In this document: piece after piece, positions 53,662 to 64,000 of the stretch
Position numbering within the stretch: the first letter of the stretch is position 1
Layout: every line of letters begins with the position of its first letter
NCBI RefSeq assembly: GCF_964204645.1
Contig: NC_134035.1
Span: 8,340,451-8,404,450 of the forward strand
Direction: 5' to 3'
Origin: Tubulanus polymorphus
Taxonomy: Eukaryota; Animalia; Nemertea
DNA: 64,000 nt
The notes under the pieces: generated by a model
Databases searched by the model: none
What the model was told of the DNA's origin: nothing
Seen by the model: the letters and a program-made list of their open reading frames with translations, nothing else
Program-made: the position numbers and the translations under genes

Positions 53662-56600
53662 ATGATATCTGGAGACGAACAAAACTATTTGAGGATATGT
53701 TGGCTGATAGGCGACGTCGTAACGGGCATCGTTCGTCAGTTTTTCGACCAGCAGTTCCACAATGTATCGTCGTTACTGAAGAACAAACAGTCGCAAATCA
53801 ACAAGCTAAAAACGAAGCGGGTCGTAACGAACACCATGTGGAAGGTGCTTTACACAGCGAATAGACAGGTAATAGAAACACCGGGGACCACCGTGGGCGT
53901 CACCAGACTGGGGGTCGGGGTGCGGACGACCCCCTTTTTATATCCAAGTTCCGCAGTTTTAGTTCCAAACTTTCTCATTCCGGAAATTTCATCAGCATTT
54001 GCCTTTAAAGGTCCAGAAAATCAAACTTAGAATTTCAAAAATTGAGACTATCTAAGAACATCCAAGCGATTTCAAGGAATCAGAAATGTTCGTTTGCTTT
54101 CGGCGCTTGGCGGATACGGTGCAAAGTTAGTAACGGTACGGCATATAGTTCCTTTGACCCCCCCCCCCTTGAAAGAGCCTAGTAACACCCTACCTACAGT
54201 TCCAAAGTTGACTAATGACAAGAGTTGAACGGCTGCAAGCGACATTTCGAAAATCTTTGTATTCCATGGTTCACAGATCGTGACCTAATGCCATAGAGAC
54301 CATGGTATAATGCATGGTCAACCCATCTAAATGCTCATTTCAAATTCAAAGCTGTCCATCTTTTAGGGATCCGGTACCTTATTCATCAACTTCGCACAAG
54401 TTTGCTCTGGTGACATGCGTTGCGAGACGATTTGCGAGGTATTGACTCGCAAAAAGTCGTCGCAAAAAGTGATTCGCCCCGGTGATATTATAATGGCGCG
54501 TGTTACTTTAATAGCATGGAGATAATTTGATCCGTCATAAAAATAACATCCTATGTTTATTTTCTTTTGTGATCGTTGAAACCGTGTCTTCCTACGCCGT
54601 TCATCACAAAATCCAAATGTCAAAAACTTTTCCAGGTTAGTGATGCATTTTTCAGAGGCAACTTTAAAGGCAACGATTCACGGGGGCATATTCCCGCGTT
54701 GTACACGTCGCCCATTTTCTCAACACAAGTGAGCCATAGAAATTAATAATCTATAAGTATCTCTTAGATATAATGCGCGATATGTGCCATGGGTTATTCT
54801 TGAAACAGATTGCTAGCTGTTATCGCGTTAAAACCTTGAACGTGTAGACTACGTGTGATCGAAAAAATGCGTCAATAATTGTCTTATCTTGTTTTTGGTA
54901 TTTCGTTATTTATCAGTCATCTGATGTGACCCCGCGACTTCAGTAGGAAACCTATTCATAAACAAGAAAATTAACTTGAAATTGTATCGACGCCTTGAAA
55001 AATAACACTTATATCGCTTGATATCGTCGACAATGAATAATAAATCATTTCATCGATAGTATAACATTAATTATCAATAAAGTTATTTCAGATTTGAATT
55101 TCGATAATTGAATCGAATCGAGCGGCAACCAGTCTAGCCCCGATATATTCAAGCTCAAGTTCAAATTTATTTCACGGAGAGCAGGGAGGGAGAGAGGGAG
55201 AGAGGGAGAGAGGGAGAGAACAGTAGCTTTCTGTGTGGGCCAAGCAAAGCCTTAAGGCCGCTGTCGCAAGCGCCCAGGAAAAAAGAAACAAAAGGAAAAT
55301 GAAGAAACGAAGGGAAAGGAGATGAGAGATGATAATATTGATGACACCATGATGTAGTGCACATCGCACTCATACAGAGGTGTTTGGAGGCGTTTCACCG
55401 TTCAGGGTTAGATCCGACTGAAAAGATCAAATTTACATATGTGTTCATTTAAAACAAAAAATAACCATAAAGTTAATATCAACTCGCATTAGAACCGGAG
55501 ACCGATTATGTTGGTGGAAACTTGGAAGTTAGAAAAAAGGCCAAGTTTTCGTCCTATCTGAAATAAAACCATTCAAACAAGAACAGTTACTGCGAAGAAA
55601 AATATGTACGATCCTATGTTCTGTTTTCCTTCACCAAAACTAACCCACACAAAAAATATTTTCCATCCACTTCTATTCGACTTAGTTACTTACTTTTTTA
55701 TTCATTCTCAACTGTTTAGAATTCCTGTGATTTCTACGTTCAAGTATCCCCTGATGTTTTTATAGCATTGGTCGGTTTTTCTTTAGTTCTGATAGACATA
55801 GTTTCTGTTTTATTCCTGCGAGTTAACATACTTTGTTACTTGTGTTTTTGGTCATTCCACCCGATGATGGCTTTTGGTCAACAGCCGAAACATTGTGGTT
55901 TCATTATAATGAATGCTATCATATAATATTGGAATTGTGGGACTATTTCAATCATACACAGACTCTACGGATATTGTAGATATCGATATTCCAAACGATC
56001 AACCAATTTTGAAATTTTAGCTGATTGTGCAATTTGAAGAATGGATTTTCTCCACACGATTTCTGAATTCGTTACATTCTAATAATGTTACATTCGTTAC
56101 ATTCTAACGATTTTAAGCTATCACGACGTGACGTTTTCAGATTCCTGTCACGTCGACAGATATGGACATATCCCTGATGATGGTGCTCATTCGTAACTTC
56201 GGTAAAGTGGCGCCGAATGACCTGGTCAATCTGAATCAGTTGGTAACATGGAGGAACGAAATTATACACGATTACGGAAAGACAAGCCAGCTAAAAACCG
56301 CTAAATATAACGCGTTTGTAGGTAAGGGAAAAACTTTCATTGCGGTATTTATGATAGGGAGCATTCAAATAAAACCCTTAAATCTGTAAATAGCGGGTTA
56401 TATCTTGTAAACTATGGAAGACCTCAGACGACATACAAGATATGAGATATAACATCCGAGATATGAGATGCAACATACGAGATACGACATATGACATACG
56501 AGATACGACTTGTTTTACAGTACGGGTGTCCATCCGCTAGCGCCACCGCAGTGTATATTTTTCAACATCTACTCGGCGTATACTACGACACGTGCGCAGG

Positions 56601-59600
56601 CAGTGGCGTATACATTAACTATGAATATCGATATGCGAAAAACGTTTCATTTGAAAAATATTTAAAAATATTCGATCAACCGCTACCGGGGACCGGCCTC
56701 TCGCTACGGTAAGTGGGCCACTCTTAGTGTGAGACACCGATGGTCCGGTGATTCGAGTTGGCTCCAAATACGGGGCTACAGCCCATAAATCCACCAAAAA
56801 CGCCTCAAATTCCAAAATCCATTTTTGAGTGTACAAAAATCCCTCAAAAAGAGTTAGCCATGGCCCCTTCAAATTGGTGGTGCTAAGAATCGCGCTAGTC
56901 AAGGGTTTAAACTTCGCGTTCGATCGAGGGTTTTCGATGAAAAATGATAGATGTATGTATATTACGAATGCCGATGACCAAAGAGTTTAAAAAAAAGTCC
57001 GACACACGCGGAATCTGTTTAGTGTACTATGATTTCAACGAATGAATTGAAACATGGACATGAATTAAAAATACTAAAGATAACAAATTTATTGAATGAA
57101 TTATTCATTAAATATCAGAATGGAGTTCCATTGTATCACTCTCAGCTCCTGGCCCTAGTCCAGCTGATTTCGTTTATCACGACGTTTTTTTGCGACGGGT
57201 GCAAACGCACCATACAAGCAACGTTCCGGTGTTCCGCTAATTCCCTGTCTAAAAAAATGTTACTTGATATTTCCATGGATCTCTCATCTGTACAAATGTA
57301 AGAGCTGTTGTGTTTTGCTGAAGATTTATTATTTATGTGGTTCCTGTAGTTTTGTCAATAAACAGTTTTAAAACTGGCCATGATGATAAGAATGATCTTA
57401 AATTGGATTCTCCGATTATGAAAGTTATTCAGATTCAGCCATTGGCCCTTTTCATGAAAGATGTCAGAAAAGAAAGATAGCCAAAAAGCCCTCAGAATAC
57501 ACAAGTACCTAAATTGAACAAATTTTCAGGGAAGGACCCCAGACTATGGCTTCAAAAAGACAGTGCCGCATACTGCCCTGACGGTTAGCGAAAACTGGCC
57601 AGTCTCGACTCTCAACGGCTGGTCTAGTGGACTCACCAGTCAGCCCCGGTAGCTCGATAGGGATGGAATTTAGCTGGGGATTTCAAACCTTGAGAGAGAG
57701 CACGGGAGTTCTTAATCTGGATACCAGGGCGATGTACGGGTTCCCGGGTTGTTTGGGATTCAAGAACTCAGGCAGGGGTGTCAAACAGCCGAGGCGTACA
57801 CTAGAGGGCCGGGATTTCCGGCTGCGGAGTTTTTTTTTAGAATTTTGATTTCTAATGCAGAAAAGCCGGCGATCTAGCGGGCGGTGAACAGTTATTTTTT
57901 CTGCAGGCAGTGAGTAATCGGAACTCCGGCTCCTGAACACCAGGCCGTTTTCAGACCAAAGGAAGACAAGAAATAGCATAATATTATGAACTTGAACAGT
58001 TTGATATCTTTTGAAAATCTTTTGATTTGAAAAACTTTGTCGCCCGCGGGAGAGGAACGGCCGGCGCGCCTAGTCCAGGGTGTTCACAGTATGGCCTAAA
58101 ATCGTTGTGTCCGGTCCAGGTGTCCATTATCCAAAAGAAATATATTTCTGGTTTGAATAAAATGTTGACTATGTTGGTTTTCATATAATTGACGATGACT
58201 GTACGAGTCACCGTATTAAACGATTTATATGCAATAAATATTGAAAAAACATACACTGCGGTGGCGCTAGCGGACGGATACCTGTACTGTAAATAAGTCG
58301 TATCTCGTATGTCATATGTCGTATCTCGTATGTTGCATCACATATCTCGTATGTTATATCTCATATCTCGTATGTCGTCTGAGGTCTTCCATAGTAAACA
58401 ACCAGATAAGATATTTACTGCTGAAAATTGACTACGATTATCTCAGAAAAGCTGCTGTTACCCTATAATCTTGGTATCAATAAATCCATTCATATCTCAT
58501 AATCTTTTACAATTTGCGCTTACGTTTGCCTTCTCGAACTAACGTGCAGAACTAACGAAATCATGGACAATATCATAACCAGGCAACTTTCACGCTGCGC
58601 ATCGAATTATTTCTTAATTGAAACTTGAACTAGGAACTGAATATTCATCTATTTATGCATATATAGCTAATTTCACGCAGTCAATTATTCAACTGGGTGG
58701 AGTTGAGTGGCAAGGTGCAATTGACAAGGTCGTCACCGGATACATGGACCTAAATCTCGCCGAGGACTACAGCAACGAAATCGAACGCGAGTACAAGGAA
58801 GAAAAAGAACTCAAGGCCGAGGTGGCCGAACTGCATCAAAAACTCGACAAAGTAAACCTCGAAATACAGAAACTCGGCCAACAACAAGTCGTGCACGATA
58901 TAAACCGAAACGGTAAGGTTAAAAAACAATGAAAACTTGTTTCTCATTCCTGCTGAGCTTAAAAGTTGACCCAATCGGACGCAAGCACCCTGTACAGTAC
59001 TTTATCAAAAATCACGATCAAGCTTACCATAACATACCCGGCATCTATAGAAATGAACTGAAATTCAAATTTTATTAAAATTAACTGAATGGCCCGGCCG
59101 ATTAGGAGAAACGAGGTATTTTTTATTATAGCCTATTTAATTGGTTTATTTGATATTTCGTTTCAAATGTGAATAAACTGTCGATAAAGATTAACGTTGC
59201 GGTGCAGGGAAACACAGAAACACGGAAATCTCGAAAACATTGTTTTCCGAAATTATATTTCCTCGTTTGTCGTATAAAACGCACACGACACTCGGAAACA
59301 TGTTTCTGTCTCTTATTTCCGTGTTTCCCGGCGTCCGTCGTGAGCGCTGGTCTGAACGGCGCGTCACGTTTGCTTGCTTTCACTTGCAGCCGAATGTTCG
59401 AACCGCGTGATACCGCCCGAACAGGGAGGTAGCGCGGCGAGGTCACGCACTTCGCTAATTGACGACCCAGACGGCTTTACCGACATCAGCGGCGAGTGGT
59501 TGTTCATCACTGACAGTTTGCGAGCCAAAGACGTTATATTAATAACTGACATGCCAAAAGGTGAGGATCGCGCAAACACGCCCGTAAATGACGTTTTTAA

Positions 59601-60812
59601 AAATAGAATACATCAACGTATCAGGTATCTTCTTAATCTTGCATTTCCATTTACAGAAGTTGAATACAAACAAATTTGCAATCTGCCAGTTCGCAAAAAG
59701 GATCGGGCGACTTTTTCACCGAGTGACGTCATCAAATTAAACGACGGTCGCCTTGCCGTCTGCGACGATGTCAACGACGCCATCTATATTTTCGCTTTGA
59801 AACGCCAACGCGTTCGGTTTTACCTGGAATCAAAGTTTACAGGTTACAAACTAGATTTTCTATCATCTGTGGTGTTAAAGTAAGGTCACTATGTATACAT
59901 AAACGGGATATATAAATTTTCTGAGAAATTTTTTTATGGAATAGAGCCAGTTCTCTGCATATTTCATACACGTGTTTTGAATAACGAGAAAAATCAAACG
60001 ATAAATTCAGCCAGAAATAAAAGTTCTATAGTTCAAACTTTCAAACTGTCAAACTTTCAAAATATTTCAAACTGGTTCCCGAATTCTAATTATGATTACG
60101 GTGTTATTTACTCATTCTAGGCGGAGATGGAGATTTCGCTTTGAAGTCACCGATTCGCATGGCGCAATGGCGGAACTACCTGCTCGTGTTGATGCGCGCT
60201 AGAAACGAGGTCTACCTCTACCAAACCGATGACGGTTATCCGGTTACTTCCTTGACTTTACGGAAAACTCACCGAGGATTTCTGACGGCCGTCGCCGTCC
60301 GGGACGACGACGTCTACATCGGCAATTCGCGATGCGTCGAACACTACCGTTTTACGGAAGATGCCGAAAGAATCCGTATAATCCCGAAGCATCGCCGTTA
60401 CATGTTGAAGAATTTCGAATTCTGGGTATCGCATTTGAACGTTACGGGCGATGGCGACGTGATCGCCTCGACCGGATGGCAAAACGAACTTTATTTCTGG
60501 AAAAAAGGCAAATCGGAACCGGTGGCCGTCGAAGCGTTTCAAAATCCACGTGGCATTTCTCTAGATCCGGACGGCAATGTATTGGTGGCCGAGTTCGATA
60601 CACGCGCCATCTGGCGGATACCGGTGTCGCCGGGCCGGTTGCACGTCGACAAAAAAGAAACGGTTTTGGACGCGAGAAGTTTAAACGACGGACCGTCGTG
60701 TATCGTTGAGACAGACGACACGAACGTTTTCGTAGCGAACACTAGCGCGCGTCGAGTAACACACTTTTATAAAGGAGACCCTCCGAGGTACGTTTTGAGC
60801 GGAAATTTCTAA
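53662..60812 (+). CDS. DZIP3/hRUL138-type HEPN domain + coiled coil + six-bladed NHL-like beta-propeller protein, ~560 aa
   Basis: Phase-consistent exons 53662-53868, 56141-56321, 58667-58912, 59390-59560, 59657-59842 and 60121-60812 (1683 nt). The N-terminus EQNYLRICWLIGDVVTGIVRQFFD...WKVLY...DMDISLMMVLIRN...WRNEIIH...IIQLGG matches the DZIP3-HEPN pattern. Heptad coil: ELKAEVAELHQKLDKVNLEIQKL. NHL-like blades include FQNPRGISLDPDGNVLVAE and SPSDVIKLNDGRLAVCD. An acceptor at 53653 implies a further upstream exon. Confidence 0.85.
55857..55898 (+). ncRNA. Degenerate hammerhead-like motif (same family as the 62078-62117 motif)
   Basis: CCAC-CCGATGA-T-GGCT...AGCC-GAAAC-ATT-GTGG. Confidence 0.45.
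56413..58393. mobile_element. Non-autonomous DNA transposon with ~155-bp TIRs, TAT...ATA termini and 6-bp TSD GTAAAC (IS3EU-like)
   Basis: Left: GTAAAC(56407-56412)|TATGGAAGACCTCAGACGAC. Right: GTCGTCTGAGGTCTTCCATA|GTAAAC(58394-58399). The TIRs contain ATACGAGAT subrepeats. No transposase ORF inside. Confidence 0.85.
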
Positions 60813-61269
60813 AGTACATCAACATCTATATGAAATCGACTGAGATCGTGGCATTTTCCATCGGGACCTCGAGTAACCAGAGTGACCAGCAAGGGACTTT
60901 TTATAACTGTGTGCAAATCGGTGCAAGAGTCAATTTAGGTTCCAGCCAATAGATTTTCTTTTTTGAACACACCGTACACAATAAACCTCGCCTTTCCCGG
61001 ACCAACTGGGCAGCATGATTGGTCTGAGTTAAGCCTGAGTTAAGGATTGGAATATACGTCAAGTAGTCAGATGATGACTTCATTCTACGAAGTCGAAAGT
61101 CCGAATTGGCGAGGTTTACTGTATACATATGTACATGTATATATGTTAGATCTAAAGTAAACACAACGAGACGAATAGTACTGTTACCTATTTTATTTGA
61201 CACACGAACTTTCGCTATACTATTGCATAAAATTTAAGTAGCTTCATCATTGGGTCAGATGAAGCTACT

Positions 61270-61560
61270 ATAATGAAAATAAGTGTTTTTTATAAAGCGC
61301 TAAATCCAGCACATGAAAAGCCGCACAGAGCGCTTCACATAAAAGCCTCATTAAAGAAGACATGTTTAAGTTGCCTCCTGAAGATCTCCAAAGATGTTAT
61401 AGACCGGAGGTCTCCAGGAAGCTGATTCCACAGGGTCGGGCCATCGATGGAAGAGGCTCGAGAACCGAAAAACTCTCTATTGTATCTAGGGACTGTCAGT
61501 GAGATAAAGGCAGAAGAACGAAGAGGACGGCCAGGAACATGAATAAGCTCGTGCATCAAA
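61270..61560 (-). mobile_element. L2-clade LINE 3' fragment
   Basis: Encodes LRSSAFISLTVPRYNREFFGSRASSIDGPTLWNQLPGDLRSITSLEIFRRQLKH, followed by a 3' stem-loop tail. Confidence 0.85.
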
Positions 61561-62019
61561 TGATGTAGTTAACCTTTAAAGTACAACTCGTCTCGTTGTA
61601 TTTGTTCTACACCCGGTTAACACCAGGCTACTCTACGAATCTTCTCATCCGTGTATCCAACGGAACAACGCTTACTCCCGGGCTAAATTTGGCTAGTTCG
61701 TTGCACCAATATGATGGTTAACCGTATCCGACTTAGAGCGACGTTTTGGACTGAAGTCGTGGTCATTGAAACTGGATCCCGATTTCCCTAACTTCCTGAC
61801 ATTTATCAATAAAACAATTCCAATTGTCTTTTCAGTGAGATGTCCTGCACGATAATTTGAAAAAATGAAGACACGCGTGCAACCCCAATTCTGAACGAGC
61901 TTTCTTCTTGTGTTCGTACATCCGACTTACGCATCAAATTTGTCCGCGCGAAGGGACACTTCGCAAGAATGTCAGGATATGTCGTCGAATGAAACACTAT
62001 AATCCGTGTATATTGAAGA

Positions 62020-62197
62020 TTAATTGAAGAAGTCCCACAATTCAAATTTCATATGAGATAATTTATCAAAATGAAACCTCAACGTTTCGGCTGTTGACAA
62101 ACAGCCATCGTCAGGTGTTAGTCAACAGCCAAACGTTGTGGTTTCATTTTGATAAATTATCTTATATTAAATTTGAATTGTGGGACTTCTTCAATTT
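62020..62197. mobile_element. Penelope-like pLTR palindrome with hammerhead motif
   Basis: Inverted arms. The minus strand at 62117-62078 reads CAC-CTGACGA-T-GGCTGTT/AACAGCC-GAAAC-GTT-GAG. Confidence 0.7.
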
Positions 62198-62816
62198 GTC
62201 AGGATATAATAAACGAGATGTTTTATACTGCACTGTTAAACTGTTCCGTATATCTATAATGCTGCATATGATTTATCGCACCCCCATCACATTTATTCGA
62301 TCAATTCCAACGTTCGTAGTTCCCGATGAGATATCAACTCAAAAATGTTTTTTCTAGCAATTCTAAAACAGGAAATAATATATCTAATTCCCCCCAAAAA
62401 AATCGCTGATGATTTTGATATTTCATTTCCCGGCATGGATGAAAAATGGCACAGTTCCAACTCCAGTTGGCGCGTGCATGTTCGTGCAGTGACGTGATTT
62501 GGTTGAGTGGGGACAGGGTACATTTGTCTTAAGGTGAAAAATGTTGAATGCGCCCTCAGATATTTATACTCTCTTAGATATTTTCGATATACACAGTAAA
62601 CTTCGCCTAATTCAGAAATGGCCACCTCATGTTTTTGGTAAACTTGAACGAAAATCTATATCATAATTTACTGATCTAAACTAAACTACATCGTAACTTC
62701 GATTAGAAACGACCGACTATGCTGGTCCCAGTTTGGGCGCGAAGTTTACTGTAGATATGTCCAGATAGACTAATGGACAAATGAAAAATCCGCGGTGCCT
62801 TCTCCAAAAATAATCA

Positions 62817-62973
62817 CAGTACAATCCGCTTAATTCGGATCATTCGGGACCAACAAAATTCATCCAGTTTGCGGGAAATCCGGATTAAAACCCAATTTCG
62901 TGTAGATTGCGAATATAATCCGGATTAGATCAAGATTCAGATTAAGCCGATCCGGATTAAGCGGGTTTGACTG
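62817..62973. mobile_element. Tc1/pogo-type MITE
   Basis: TIRs CAGTACAATCCGCTTAATTCGGATC / GATCCGGATTAAGCGGGTTTGACTG, with TA on the right side. Confidence 0.6.
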
Positions 62974-64000
62974 TATTACATCAGCGGTGTTTGCGCGGCG
63001 CCATTTCGAAGTCACACGCGCAAGGTCCACGCGCTGCTTGCTCGAATCGATGACAGTGAAGTCAGCTGTTACTGATTCCAACGGGTGTCGTCATTGATTC
63101 GAGGCGCCTGACAGACGGCTGCAAATGAGCATCTTTGTCTCCGGTCGCACAAGGCGAATGATTTTTTCATGCAAAGATAATAGTCGACGGGGTTAATAGA
63201 CGTCGGTTTTACTAGCTTATAATCACGTTTCGCCAGTTAGCGGGTCTCGTGTCTGTTGTTCGGCAACGGATGAACAGTTTTACGGCGACTGATGAGCGCA
63301 TTGTGTCTTTATGGAACGGTGATCGATCAAACCGAATGAAACATCGGCGCGGTCGGCGCATTTCAAGAAGCCGATTGAAAAAGAATAGATATTTCTCGAA
63401 GATCAAAATTCGTACATTTCTATTCCTATAACTACGTTTTCAAATTATACTTAATAGATATTTGCGAGGAACAACAACAACGACATTCTCAAGCTAACGA
63501 AATAGCGTTTAGGTGTGGAAAAGCGAGCTCAGATCGCCCGTACACGAAACAACCTTCAGAAGCAACTGGTGGACTTGACTTGTAGTGTTACTTGATCCAT
63601 GAGGTCGTTGATGATCGGACTTCTATGAGCTCCAGCGCTCTTTGAATGTAGCGTGACAGACTTTTTTCAGATTAACGCTTATATCGGGAAAACAAATACA
63701 TCATTATTCCAAGATTATTCCTCTTGCAATTCTTCCTACGTTATTGCTGTCAGTAACATGATCATCAAGCGCTTCATTTCGCCAGCGATAGTTACTATTC
63801 TATACCATCCTCACGAGTGGCCATGTATAGAACCAGCTAGGAATCAGTAACATTTCCTGACACATAACACGAACTCAAAATTATACTTAGTGGCAAACGA
63901 TATTGAGTGTTTTTCTCGTATCGCGTTTCGTCTTAACAATTAACATTTTCGTCTTTAAGCAATAACAATGATAATACAAGTCGTGTCATTATATGGGGCA

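Noticed and set aside
59843-59883. Alternative donor AA|GTAAGG at 59880 for HEPN-NHL exon 5
   Set aside because: It is phase 2 and incompatible with the phase-1 acceptor at 60120; the donor at 59843 keeps the frame.
63480-63850. Possible retroelement or coding remnant
   Set aside because: Only weak similarity by eye and multiple stops; cannot be supported.

Overview
This is eukaryotic, intron-rich, AT-rich metazoan genomic DNA. The gene and repeat families suggest a marine invertebrate, probably a lophotrochozoan (inference). Six protein-coding genes were reconstructed by hand using GT-AG phase matching: (1) a 4-TM MS4A/CD20-like membrane protein (+, 2538-3098); (2) a GT32/Och1-SUR1-like glycosyltransferase whose DXD motif reads DLN (-, 6748-5209); (3) a GH20 beta-hexosaminidase homologue with at least 12 exons, whose catalytic Asp-Glu pair reads Asn-Asp and which has a hydrophobic C-terminal tail (-, 26325-16885, first exon not found); (4) a class A GPCR with an intronless CDS and DQY in place of DRY (+, 43007-44026); (5) a secreted single-IGFBP-domain protein (-, 49413-46053); (6) a 6-exon, ~560-aa protein fusing a DZIP3-type HEPN domain (intact RNxxxH) to a coiled coil and a six-bladed NHL-like beta-propeller (+, 53662-60812). 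Gene 6 is the best candidate for an undescribed sensor-coupled RNase. Non-coding DNA holds LINE 3' fragments, a tRNA-derived SINE, several MITE families, a ~2-kb TIR element with a 6-bp TSD, microsatellites, and seven minimal type I hammerhead-ribozyme-like motifs. Three of those motifs sit at the centre of ~200-bp Penelope-type palindromes. All calls come from reading the sequence; no searches were run.
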